A stretch of 34,936 nt of DNA from a virus (taxonomy: Duplodnaviria; Caudoviricetes). The DNA lies in the IMG/VR virus record IMGVR_UViG_3300025396_000040, positions 1-34,936 of that record, one strand, 5' to 3'. The notes below the pieces were generated by a model. It saw nothing but the letters and a program-made list of their open reading frames with translations, searched no databases and had not been told where the DNA came from. A program made the translations under genes and the position numbers. Each line of letters opens with the position of its first letter. Positions within the stretch are counted from its first letter, which is position 1. This document shows positions 16,663 through 25,389 of the stretch, in pieces.

Positions 16663-16736
16663 CGTTCCTCATCACCGTCGCGCTCTCCTTTGTTGTGGCC
16701 TACCTGGTCATCAGCCTTGTGAAAGGTGAAGAATGA
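16659..16736 (+). CDS. Hydrophobic micropeptide, 25 aa (not in ORF track)
   Basis: MTFLITVALSFVVAYLVISLVKGEE; GTGA and ATGA overlaps at its two ends. Confidence 0.5.
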   Translation: MTFLITVALSFVVAYLVISLVKGEE

Positions 16737-17242
16737 ACACCCCAGACGGTGGAGTCACTGACGAACCCATGCCCCTGGAATGGATGCAGGCTTATGCCGA
16801 TGCGTATCCTGACAGAGTGCCCGCCTATGTTGCGGAGAATGGCGCCCCCAATCTCCGCAAAGTGCAGGATGATGCACAACCCGGCGTGTCACCTATGGTG
16901 CACACCGCCCCTAGCCAGAGCGCAGACCTGATAGCTGAGGCTGAGGAACGACTGCGGATCGCAATCGACGCACAGAAGCGGATGGACGGCGGCGAGTATG
17001 ACAACGGCATCATGGCCGTGATCCGCTGCGAAGACGTGCAGTTCTATCGCGCCGTAGCCACCGCCCTCCGCGCAGCAGAGGCTGAGAACGCGAGGCTGTC
17101 CGAAGAAAACCGCACACTTCGGACAAATTACCGCTCGGGAACATCCGGGGATTTAAACGCATCTGACATGCGAAATATTCCCGATCAGGAAGACGATGTT
17201 TCAGAGGCCCAAGAATGGGAGGACTTTGATCGTGACTGTTGA
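16733..17242 (+). CDS. Hypothetical protein
   Basis: 169-aa ORF in the coupled early gene chain. Confidence 0.65.
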   Translation: MNTPDGGVTDEPMPLEWMQAYADAYPDRVPAYVAENGAPNLRKVQDDAQPGVSPMVHTAPSQSADLIAEAEERLRIAIDAQKRMDGGEYDNGIMAVIRCEDVQFYRAVATALRAAEAENARLSEENRTLRTNYRSGTSGDLNASDMRNIPDQEDDVSEAQEWEDFDRDC

Positions 17243-17618
17243 TCTCAATGCCTGCAAGCCGTGCCCGTTCTGCGGAAGTCACGAGTTATCCACCAACGGA
17301 CATGGAGCTTACACCATAGTGGTCTGTTGCGAGTGTTTGGCTGAAGGCCCGCACGGACATCCCAGCAAAGCCATTTCGCGCTGGAACACCCGCACCTGTG
17401 CCGAAATCGACATGGTGACGTTGAGCCGCTCCGACCTTGAAAATTCTTACAACAAATTACGGGAGGCGCTGATGGAAATCGCCGCCGGTTCGCCGTTTGT
17501 GGGCTGGATGGATGACAACCCGCTTAGCGATATTGAAAGCAAGACTTTTGCTGGCATGGAGGACGGCTACTTTATCGCCTCCGAAGCCGCCCGCCGCGCC
17601 CTTGGAGGTACAGAATGA
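17232..17618 (+). CDS. Lar-like (restriction alleviation) zinc-ribbon protein with C-terminal extension
   Basis: KPCPFCGS..VVCCECLAEGP..AISRWNTR. Confidence 0.75.
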   Translation: MTVDLNACKPCPFCGSHELSTNGHGAYTIVVCCECLAEGPHGHPSKAISRWNTRTCAEIDMVTLSRSDLENSYNKLREALMEIAAGSPFVGWMDDNPLSDIESKTFAGMEDGYFIASEAARRALGGTE

Positions 17619-18025
17619 AACTAAATTGGACACGCGAGGAATGGGCTAGAACAAACGATTACCTGATGACAGGCCACGATGCCCGCCTCGCCCTTGAAGA
17701 CCTCGCCACCCTATTTGCCGAGAACATCCGCCTGACTGCCCAGCTTGCCGAGGTCGAACGTAATCTGAAATACGAACAGCACCGCGCCGGTCGGATCGGA
17801 ACCCACGGGCCGGGATGCCACACATGGGGACCAGCGCATTACGAGTGTGCCTTGGTTCAGCTTGCTGAACGGGAGGCCGAGTGTTTCAAGCTCGCCGCTG
17901 GCGTCTGCGAATATCGGTCGGGCGATGACCACGGCAATCCGCTATGCCTCATGGTTCGCAAGAACATCCCGCCGAACATGTATCCCGTCGTCTCCCGCTT
18001 CCACGCTGCGGAGGGTGAGAAATGA
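17615..18025 (+). CDS. Hypothetical protein
   Basis: GGAGG SD and ATGA overlap; THGPGCHTWGPAHYECAL motif. Confidence 0.7.
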   Translation: MKLNWTREEWARTNDYLMTGHDARLALEDLATLFAENIRLTAQLAEVERNLKYEQHRAGRIGTHGPGCHTWGPAHYECALVQLAEREAECFKLAAGVCEYRSGDDHGNPLCLMVRKNIPPNMYPVVSRFHAAEGEK

Positions 18026-18288
18026 CTGACAAATGGTGGAAGGAATTGCTGAAAGCGCCAGACAGCCAGTTAGACGCCTCCACATTTCCGCTTATTGAGA
18101 AATGGAGCGATCCTCCAACATCACTTCAAATACTTGAGGTGTTGGATCGGTGTATTTACTGTTCGCTGGCGTCAGGTTTTGTGGTGAAATACCTGCAAAT
18201 TCAATACGACATTGCATGTGAGCGCGAAAACATCAGGCATGAATACAATATTCCGATTGCTGTTTGGCGGCGAGAGTTGGGAGGATAA
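18022..18288 (+). CDS. Hypothetical protein
   Basis: ATGA overlap; AT-richer than flanks. Confidence 0.65.
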   Translation: MTDKWWKELLKAPDSQLDASTFPLIEKWSDPPTSLQILEVLDRCIYCSLASGFVVKYLQIQYDIACERENIRHEYNIPIAVWRRELGG

Positions 18289-18293
18289 GAGCC

Positions 18294-18530
18294 ATGACGC
18301 TTAGAGACAAGCTGGTCGCCACGCTGGCGCAGCAATACGACCAGTACGGGTTCAACCGTCAGGACGCCGCCGACGCCATCCTCGCCGCGATCCGTGAGCA
18401 CATGACGAGTGAGGACGTCATTCAGGACATTGGCTCTTCGTTGGAGCTTGTCGGGTTTGTGCACTTCCCCGACGCTGGCGCAGACCACCTTCGCGCCGCC
18501 ATTCTCGCCGCCCTTGGAGGTGAGCCGTGA
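18294..18530 (+). CDS. Hypothetical protein
   Basis: GGAGG SD before ATG 18294. Confidence 0.6.
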   Translation: MTLRDKLVATLAQQYDQYGFNRQDAADAILAAIREHMTSEDVIQDIGSSLELVGFVHFPDAGADHLRAAILAALGGEP

Positions 18531-18603
18531 GCAATGCTGCACAGGTAAGTCATAATACGGCAGAATGCCCTACATGTAAGACCCGACAAGCCGGAGGTGA
18601 AGC

Positions 18604-18807
18604 ATGAGCGATTTAATCAACCACCCACCTCACTACACCGCACACCCGTCAGGCGTGGAATGCATCCAGATCACCGAGCACATGGGGTTCAACCTGGGCA
18701 ATGCACTAAAGTACATATGGCGCTGCGATCTGAAGGCCGATGCGGTCGAGGATCTTAAGAAGGCTGTGTGGTACCTAGAGCGTGAAATAGCCAAGCGGAC
18801 GGCATGA
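18604..18807 (+). CDS. DUF3310-family protein (T7 gp1.7-like)
   Basis: DLINHPPHY..GVECI..FNLGNALKYIWR..K..EDLKKAVWYLEREI. Confidence 0.9.
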   Translation: MSDLINHPPHYTAHPSGVECIQITEHMGFNLGNALKYIWRCDLKADAVEDLKKAVWYLEREIAKRTA

Positions 18808-19172
18808 AAAAAGCCCGGTCAAACTCGGTTAGAGTTGCAGCATTGCGTAAAGGCTCGCGTCAATGTCTGCGCTGCGACGGCAAAACAGGAATACAAGTGC
18901 ACCACATTGTGGCTTTGGCGGACGGTGGGAAAGACGTTGTTGAAAACACCGTTTTGCTTTGCGTTACATGTCACCGCGATTGGCATCAGCGATTTGAAGG
19001 CCGATACAATTTTGACAAATTTGCGGTAACGCCGCCTGATTGGTTCATCAATCATTTCCTCATTGAGGAAGAACTCGAAAACGCGACAATCAACGATATT
19101 TACAATGCGTGGTTGCGCTATCGGTTCGAGAAACGCGGACTTTTAATCAACAATCGTTTGGATTTGCCATGA
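18804..19172 (+). CDS. HNH endonuclease
   Basis: CLRC..VHHIVALADGG..NTVLLCVTCHRDWH. Confidence 0.85.
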   Translation: MKKARSNSVRVAALRKGSRQCLRCDGKTGIQVHHIVALADGGKDVVENTVLLCVTCHRDWHQRFEGRYNFDKFAVTPPDWFINHFLIEEELENATINDIYNAWLRYRFEKRGLLINNRLDLP

Positions 19173-19348
19173 TCCAGCCGAGCCTGTTCCCCGAACAAAG
19201 TTCGCGTTCTAAAGGCGCATGCTCGCGAGATCCGAACGCAGGCCCCGGCACTTGCTGGTACTGGTGGGAAAGATGCCCAAAGGCTGCTAAGCGCGGCTGC
19301 TATTTTCTCTCGCAAGCCGAATCATCGAAACAAACGCAACGTCGGTGA
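19169..19348 (+). CDS. Small Cys/Trp-rich hypothetical protein
   Basis: ATGA overlap; last gene of the rightward arm; overlaps the convergent gene. Confidence 0.4.
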   Translation: MIQPSLFPEQSSRSKGACSRDPNAGPGTCWYWWERCPKAAKRGCYFLSQAESSKQTQRR

Positions 19349-20369
19349 TCGTTCCATCCACCACCGTCATGTCCACCACACCCCACCACCAGCCCGTGCT
19401 TGAGTGCTGGGCGTAGGATTCAATCTCGCCCCAAGGCATCCCGCAGCCCACCTCGACCATGCTGATGGAATCGGTCGGCCCGATCTTGGGAGCATCATGC
19501 ACCTGGCGGCGGTGGGTGTGGCCTGACACAATCGGACACGTTGTGTGATTGGCTGCCCGCTGGGGGCCTGTAGCGCCTTTGTAAGCCCGTCCAGCGCCAT
19601 TGACGGGGTGATGCACAAACCCCACGCCATTGACGTAGAACAGCTCTCCGTAGGGCCGCACACGCCACCCAAACTGCGTGAAAAGTTCATCCCGCTGAAC
19701 CGTAAAACTCTCCGCTGTCTCAGGGTTGGCGTTGCACCATCTCTCCAGGCGGTATTCGTGGTTGCCTAGGAGGATGTCCTGTTTGGGTCGATATCCCGAA
19801 GCTATCCCCGCTCGCCAAGCTTGCAGGCTCTGCTTGAGGTTCTCCATGTCCTGGCGGATGCTGGGCTTGTGCCGGCCAGCCATGGTGTCGTTGCGATCAT
19901 GTGCCGAGACACTGTCCCAGCTCGACCAATCCCCCACCTGGATAATCCGCTCAAACCGTTCCTTTGAGGCATACCGGGCAATCCAGGTAAGCACTTCGAG
20001 CCTGTGAGGTTGTCCGGGGTTTTGGTGGAGATCGCCAATAACAAGAAGCCGGGATCCATGTCCCGGCGTTGATATTACTGGCTGTGCAGCTGGGGTGATG
20101 ACTTGTCGCGGGACCGGCTGCTGGTATCGCTGCGGACGGTAGAGCGTCCAATCCGGTTCCAATCCCATCGCAGCGCAACGGGTTATCCGCGCTTCAAAAG
20201 ATGATGTGGTTTTGACGAACCCATCTGCGACCGCCTTTTGAGCAGCCGCAGCTATGGCACCCATGCCCGACCCCGTCATGCCACGGGGTCGGTATCCAGC
20301 CCGCAACTCGACCTCCACCCGCTCAATGGTCAGGCGAGCGGCCTCAAGGTCAAGCGGGGGAGCGCCCAT
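19287..20369 (-). CDS. Calcineurin-like metallophosphoesterase
   Basis: IGDLH, GDWSSWD, GNHE, HH and GHTH motifs. Confidence 0.88.
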   Translation of the reverse strand: MGAPPLDLEAARLTIERVEVELRAGYRPRGMTGSGMGAIAAAAQKAVADGFVKTTSSFEARITRCAAMGLEPDWTLYRPQRYQQPVPRQVITPAAQPVISTPGHGSRLLVIGDLHQNPGQPHRLEVLTWIARYASKERFERIIQVGDWSSWDSVSAHDRNDTMAGRHKPSIRQDMENLKQSLQAWRAGIASGYRPKQDILLGNHEYRLERWCNANPETAESFTVQRDELFTQFGWRVRPYGELFYVNGVGFVHHPVNGAGRAYKGATGPQRAANHTTCPIVSGHTHRRQVHDAPKIGPTDSISMVEVGCGMPWGEIESYAQHSSTGWWWGVVDMTVVDGTITDVAFVSMIRLARENSSRA

Positions 20370-20617
20370 CAGGGATTGTGCGGCGCCGAGAGCTTGGCAA
20401 GCTCGGTCTTGAGGAGATCAATCACGTTGACCGCGAACAGCCCGCCGGCAGATGCCGCGATGTAGGCTTCCAGCTTGCTCAGCAGCCACGTTTCCACCGA
20501 GATCACACCGGGGATCACCTGGAACCATTGCACGGCCTTGTACACGTCAGCCGCAGCCTTCACGGCGAAGTCTTCAGCGGTGATCTGGTTCTTGAGCAGT
20601 TGCGAGGTGAGCGACAT
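20369..20617 (-). CDS. Hypothetical protein in the lysis region
   Basis: TGATG coupling on both sides; amphipathic. Confidence 0.65.
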   Translation of the reverse strand: MSLTSQLLKNQITAEDFAVKAAADVYKAVQWFQVIPGVISVETWLLSKLEAYIAASAGGLFAVNVIDLLKTELAKLSAPHNP

Positions 20618-20796
20618 CAGTGACCCTTTAGCATGGCTTGCTTGTGTTTGTACGACAGGTAGATCCCGATCAGCGCCATGACACCACCCACCACGGCCTG
20701 CGCCTGGTCATTGGTTGCATATCCATGGGCAACGAGTACGCCAGCAAAGCCGGTGAGGGCGTGGCGAATAACGGCGTCAATCATCTCTTGAAGCAT
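20617..20796 (-). CDS. Putative holin, two TM segments, 59 aa (not in ORF track)
   Basis: MLQEMIDAVIRHALTGFAGVLVAHGYATNDQAQAVVGGVMALIGIYLSYKHKQAMLKGH; GAGG SD; basic C-terminus; next to the endolysin. Confidence 0.7.
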   Translation of the reverse strand: MLQEMIDAVIRHALTGFAGVLVAHGYATNDQAQAVVGGVMALIGIYLSYKHKQAMLKGH

Positions 20797-20837
20797 GATG
20801 CACCTCTCAAGCGGGATATATCACGCAACCCCTTGAT

Positions 20838-21284
20838 TTACAACCACACCCGCTCGTTCAGCAGCATCTGCCGAGCTTGGCGCTTCCACCGGGCAGGCGT
20901 CTGACATGCTGCGCGAGAGTCCAGCATATGCGCCGCCGCTCCAGACCAGTCCCCGCTCTTGAGGCAAGCTAGCGTCTGGGTGAAAGTGAGCAGCCCACCA
21001 ATGCCGAGCTGGTAGGCCATCTGGACGACCACATCCTGGCGAACATCGGACAAGTCACGCCACCAAGGGATCTTCGCATCCAGCTCGCCGCAGATCATCT
21101 CGACCCGGTGGTCTAACTCAGCATCCACTTGGGCGTCGGTCATAATCGTGTTGGGTCCGATTTCAGGCCCCGTAAAACCTACACCCACCGTCCACGGCGC
21201 CGCATGCGTCAGCGGGTCGGGATAAGCGTGAAGGAACCGGCCTTCCTCGTTCTCGATGTCATCCGCAAGAAACGGCGTCGTCAC
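20838..21284 (-). CDS. Endolysin, T4-lysozyme-like (GH24)
   Basis: EEG..AYPD..WTVGVG catalytic region; RQDVVVQMAYQLG..AAAHMLDS..QTPAR. Confidence 0.88.
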   Translation of the reverse strand: MTTPFLADDIENEEGRFLHAYPDPLTHAAPWTVGVGFTGPEIGPNTIMTDAQVDAELDHRVEMICGELDAKIPWWRDLSDVRQDVVVQMAYQLGIGGLLTFTQTLACLKSGDWSGAAAHMLDSRAACQTPARWKRQARQMLLNERVWL

Positions 21285-21517
21285 TTGTCCTGCTTCCCGT
21301 CAAGTTTGTCCTCTATCCTACGCAGCGTGGCGCGGACTTCGGAGATCAGGTCCTTGAGGTCATCCCGTCTAGCGTATGTGTTTGGGAGTTCCTGCACCAG
21401 ATCGGTGAGGTTCTGTTCCAGAGACCGCATGTCCCGATAGAGCGTGGCGAGAAACCAACCGATCCCGGTAAAGACCAAAGCGACTGCGCCGTCAAATGCT
21501 GCCTGCCAGTCGGTCAT
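21281..21517 (-). CDS. Single-TM coiled-coil protein (holin/antiholin-like)
   Basis: N-terminal hydrophobic helix, then LPNTYARRDD..RIEDKLDGK; directly upstream of the endolysin. Confidence 0.65.
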   Translation of the reverse strand: MTDWQAAFDGAVALVFTGIGWFLATLYRDMRSLEQNLTDLVQELPNTYARRDDLKDLISEVRATLRRIEDKLDGKQDK

Positions 21518-21519
21518 GG

Positions 21520-22851
21520 TCAATGCCCCAGTGCGCGGATGTATATGGTGGTGGACGATCCAGAGCCGTTTGTACCACCGTTGCTCGAATGCCATAACCA
21601 CGCCACGACTGACGCACTGGTTGAAGCCGAGTTTACAGTGATGACGTAGTTCAAGCTGGGGCTGAACACCGATGCGGCGGTGAACATGATTTGAACGTTG
21701 TCACACGCCGTCGGAAACGCGACCGGCCACGTGTAGCTGCCAGCAGTGTTGATGGTTCCCGAGATGGCCGCCCACTTTTCAATGTAGCCACCAGGAAGAG
21801 AGATCGATCCGTTTGCGCCGGTTGTGACGTTTCCCGCGATGGAAGACGGCGTCAGCACCACACTGCCTGAAGACGCCTTGGCTTGGGCATTTGTGGCGAG
21901 ACCAGCGCCCGCAAAGCTGTCCACTGTCAGGCCATTGGTGACCGTGGGCGCATTGAGATAGCCGGTGGATCCCGTGTTGGACATCACCCAGCTGGTGCCG
22001 TTGTAGACACAGACGCACGTGGTGCCGGCCAGAATCTGGTTAGCGATCAGCGCATTGCCTGCCTGATTTACAATGCTCTTTGCACCAAGGCCCGACACGT
22101 TGAGCGTGGACGCCGTGGTGTTGGCGTTGGCAGCGATGAAAGTGATGATCTGCCCGGTGGTGAGAGCGGACAGCACATTGGTCGGATTGACCACGTAGGC
22201 ATTCGCGGAGCCGGTGTCAGCACCATACAGCAGCTGCTGCGGGTTGACCGAGAGATAAAGCGCGAAGCCACCAGCGCCGGAGTTAAGTGCGCTGTTGTAG
22301 ACCGCGATGACGACCTCACCGGACTGAATCTGGCCCGTCGTTGCCTGGACACCGTTGATGTAGGCATTCAGATACCCAAGCGATCCCACTTGGATCGTCA
22401 CTGGCCCGGTGGAGGTCGCGGGAGCCGCAAAAACGTATGTGTTGTAGTTTGCGTAGGCGACGGGCGTGGGCGTGTTGTTGGTGGGCGTCAGCGCAATGGC
22501 GTTCGTCCCGGACGCCGTGTAGCTGGTCCCGGTGAGCTGGCCGGCGGTGATGTTGTCGATAGTCCAAATGGCATTCGTCGGCGGGTCGGTATCCGTCGAG
22601 GGGGACAGCACGAACTTGTAAGCCGTGGAGTTGGTCAGCCACAGGCCCACCGAATTGCCGAGCGTGTTCTGCGGCTCACCTCGGGCATTCAGCACAATGG
22701 GGTTTGTCTGCGGAGTGGATCCCGTGGAATCGGTGTAGGTCGCGAGCTTGGTCGTGGTCCCCGCTGCATAGGTATACAGCAGCCCCCCAGATGCCGGGAC
22801 GCCCTGGATCAGGAACTCGGGGATAATGCTGGGGAGCAGGGAGACGGACAT
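21520..22851 (-). CDS. Tail fibre with head-binding-like N-terminal domain
   Basis: PASGGLLYTYAAGTTT..TYTD..NPIVLNARGE N-terminus; two internal repeats (G..NA..PT..F.A...T...T..V..LG); C-terminal LPGGYIEKW..WPVAFPTAC fibre-tip motif. Confidence 0.8.
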   Translation of the reverse strand: MSVSLLPSIIPEFLIQGVPASGGLLYTYAAGTTTKLATYTDSTGSTPQTNPIVLNARGEPQNTLGNSVGLWLTNSTAYKFVLSPSTDTDPPTNAIWTIDNITAGQLTGTSYTASGTNAIALTPTNNTPTPVAYANYNTYVFAAPATSTGPVTIQVGSLGYLNAYINGVQATTGQIQSGEVVIAVYNSALNSGAGGFALYLSVNPQQLLYGADTGSANAYVVNPTNVLSALTTGQIITFIAANANTTASTLNVSGLGAKSIVNQAGNALIANQILAGTTCVCVYNGTSWVMSNTGSTGYLNAPTVTNGLTVDSFAGAGLATNAQAKASSGSVVLTPSSIAGNVTTGANGSISLPGGYIEKWAAISGTINTAGSYTWPVAFPTACDNVQIMFTAASVFSPSLNYVITVNSASTSASVVAWLWHSSNGGTNGSGSSTTIYIRALGH

Positions 22852-22854
22852 TTG

Positions 22855-22974
22855 CTATCTTTCCGACCAAATTTGAACAAGACGTTCAACTGACACACCG
22901 GTAATTGTCGCCGCCTCATCAAATGACCGACCCGACCTCAAGATTGCCAAAGCTGTGCTTTCTTGTTGAGTCAT
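22855..22974 (-). CDS. Micro HTH-like protein, 39 aa (not in ORF track)
   Basis: MTQQESTALAILRSGRSFDEAATITGVSVERLVQIWSER; fills the gap between two tail genes almost exactly. Confidence 0.55.
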   Translation of the reverse strand: MTQQESTALAILRSGRSFDEAATITGVSVERLVQIWSER

Positions 22975-22978
22975 TTTA

Positions 22979-24739
22979 TCACCCCGTGACCGCATAAGCA
23001 GTGCCGTTCCCGCTCAATGGACCCGCAAACGTGCCGGCGGATTTTCCGATTCGAGTAATTTCGCTGTTCACTGACGTGATGGCGTAGCTGGCCGTGGTGT
23101 TTGACGTGGCGTATATTGACGAAACAATTATAGAACCCGGCGATCCGGCATTTTCTACATATCCATACGTGGCATTGCCGGTTGTGATGATTTGACCAAT
23201 TCCGCTTCCGAAAGTATTGCCCGAAGAACTGCCGATGTTGACGCCAGCAGACGTAGTTGAGCCTTTGGCCAAAATGTTGCCAATCACGCAATTAGTGAGA
23301 TGGTCCAAATACACCGCGCTGCCGGTCCAGGCTTGGGAACGGAATGTGGTAAAATGCGACAATTGCTCGCTTACCAAAGAGATGCCTACAGTCCCTGCTG
23401 CTTGAGATGCAGTGTTTCCTACAGCGACCAAAGAGCCGCGATTGTAAGAGCCTCCAGTGGACAAAATACCGCCACCATACGAATTGTATGCTTTGATGTC
23501 GTAAAACCCTTCGGTGATATTTGTTAAAACAGCACCGGCACCAGTGATCGTGTCCGACAACCAATCCTCAATAATCGGAGAAATTTGGTTTGTCAGGTAC
23601 AAACCGTGCGCGATGTTCGTGCCTACAATTCCAGACGTGCCGTTGTATCCGGTGCCAACTACGCCGCTATCCCCGCGAATTTGAATGCCACCACCCGCAG
23701 TCGCGCCGCCGATGCTAAAACCTGGCCAATTGGGTTGATAGTAATTGTATGAACTTTGCCCAAGGGGGTCGTTGACCGTTCTGTCTTCAACGCAATGATA
23801 AAATTCAAAAAATCCTTGGACGTTGTAAAATTTGAATGCAGTCCCTCTGGGGTAATAACTGGTGCAATAATAGAATCGACATTGGAAAACATATCCAACA
23901 GAATTATCCACGTCTTGAGCAGCCAAAAACGATGCGTTTATTGTATTCAACCCAGAAACATTTATGCGCCATTGGCGGCCATAACTTGCGCCGAAAAGAA
24001 TTGCACCCTTTCCGGCAGACGCACCGGAAAAATTAAAAATTGCGTCGTTGAAATTCATCGACACATCAGTGACGATGGTCGCGGAAGAACTACCAATTGT
24101 AAAAGCGGTCGCCGTGCAATTTACGACAATGCCCGGCGTTTCAAATTCAAACGACATTCCGGTTGTAATTGGTATCGACCCAGAAAGTGTGTAGGGCGAG
24201 CCACTGGCTGGAACAATAACCCGATGTCCTTTGGACAAAGCTTTGATCATCGCTGTGTCAAAGGTATCGGTTCCAGGAATAAAATAATCCAGCAAGTTGA
24301 CCCAATCGGCCGCTTTTGTGAAAGCCGAGCGCGTGTAAGATCCAGTGCCGGATGGCGCGTAAGAAAGGCCGCTAAACGCGGAACTAGCAGTTGTTGCGCC
24401 GGTGCCACCAGAGGCAATTGGCAATGTGCCGCTTGTCAAAGCTGAAGCGGAAGTGGCGTATATAGCGCCGCCCGATGTAAACGAGGTCAGGTTTGTTCCG
24501 CCATTTGCGGTTGGCAACGTGCCAGTCACCCCGGTGGTCAAAGGCAACCCAGTCAGATTTGTGGCAACACCCGACGCAATTGTTCCAAGCGCTGGCGCGA
24601 CAAGGACGGGATTGTTTGACAGAACCAGGTTCCCGGTTCCTGTCAGCGTCGTCGTTCCGGTTCCGCCTCCAGACGTATTAAGCACACCGCCTGATGTAAT
24701 ATTTTCGGCAAACAGAGAAAGGTTACGGGGAATGGACAT
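22979..24739 (-). CDS. Tail fibre/tailspike with probable beta-helix receptor-binding or depolymerase domain
   Basis: LPxAxGGT shaft repeats, then WVNLLDY..DTAMIKAL beta-helix cap and a Gly/Asn/Ser/Thr-rich body; AT-rich. Confidence 0.75.
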   Translation of the reverse strand: MSIPRNLSLFAENITSGGVLNTSGGGTGTTTLTGTGNLVLSNNPVLVAPALGTIASGVATNLTGLPLTTGVTGTLPTANGGTNLTSFTSGGAIYATSASALTSGTLPIASGGTGATTASSAFSGLSYAPSGTGSYTRSAFTKAADWVNLLDYFIPGTDTFDTAMIKALSKGHRVIVPASGSPYTLSGSIPITTGMSFEFETPGIVVNCTATAFTIGSSSATIVTDVSMNFNDAIFNFSGASAGKGAILFGASYGRQWRINVSGLNTINASFLAAQDVDNSVGYVFQCRFYYCTSYYPRGTAFKFYNVQGFFEFYHCVEDRTVNDPLGQSSYNYYQPNWPGFSIGGATAGGGIQIRGDSGVVGTGYNGTSGIVGTNIAHGLYLTNQISPIIEDWLSDTITGAGAVLTNITEGFYDIKAYNSYGGGILSTGGSYNRGSLVAVGNTASQAAGTVGISLVSEQLSHFTTFRSQAWTGSAVYLDHLTNCVIGNILAKGSTTSAGVNIGSSSGNTFGSGIGQIITTGNATYGYVENAGSPGSIIVSSIYATSNTTASYAITSVNSEITRIGKSAGTFAGPLSGNGTAYAVTG

Positions 24740-25389
24740 TAAAACACCCTCACCGTGACAATATTCTGGAACGTGCCGCTTCTGTACAATTGGCCAATCT
24801 GCACACCACCGGCAGCGGCGGCGGCGTCGTTTGCATAATAGGCCAGATTGACACTTGCGACATTGTTCAAGGAAGTCGTGGCTGCATTGTAAATGCTAAT
24901 GGTGGACAGGCTGAACACGTCCACCGTGTCTCCCGCACCAGCAGCGACGGCCAGCGTGATGGTTGTGCCATTGGTCGCGGTGTAATCGCTCGGAGCCAGC
25001 AGGACGCCGTTGAGGTACACCAGCACATAGCCAGGCGTGTAATTGGCCGTGATGGTGCTTTGGCCCGTGGTGGTGTTGCGGACGTAGTTCTGGCTGATGG
25101 TGTTAAGACCAGAGGATCGATACCAATAGGCGGCGGGATACGTTGTGGGAACAACCGTGGTGATGCCGCCGTCATCCGTTGCGTTGCCCAATGCGTAATA
25201 GAAGAAGCCCTGCCCACCGTCGTTGATGGTGGAAAACCCGCGCACGTAGACCATCTGTCCAGGCTGAGCCACAAACGCCCGCAGCTGGATTACGCTATCG
25301 CAGGACTGAATGAACGTGTTGAGCTGATCGCCGGTGATGGCGGTTGCAGGCGTCCCTGTGTTGTACGTTGTCAGCTTGGGCGCGGTCAT
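24739..25389 (-). CDS. Tail accessory/adaptor protein
   Basis: VYVRGF...DGGQGFFYY tailspike N-terminal motif; VYLNGVLL..DYTATNGTTITL domain; YANDAAAAAGGV..GQLYR C-terminus. Confidence 0.7.
   Translation of the reverse strand: MTAPKLTTYNTGTPATAITGDQLNTFIQSCDSVIQLRAFVAQPGQMVYVRGFSTINDGGQGFFYYALGNATDDGGITTVVPTTYPAAYWYRSSGLNTISQNYVRNTTTGQSTITANYTPGYVLVYLNGVLLAPSDYTATNGTTITLAVAAGAGDTVDVFSLSTISIYNAATTSLNNVASVNLAYYANDAAAAAGGVQIGQLYRSGTFQNIVTVRVF

Noticed and set aside
21520-24739. Diversity-generating retroelement or invertible tail cassette
   Set aside because: No reverse transcriptase, invertase, or TR/VR-like nucleotide repeat seen
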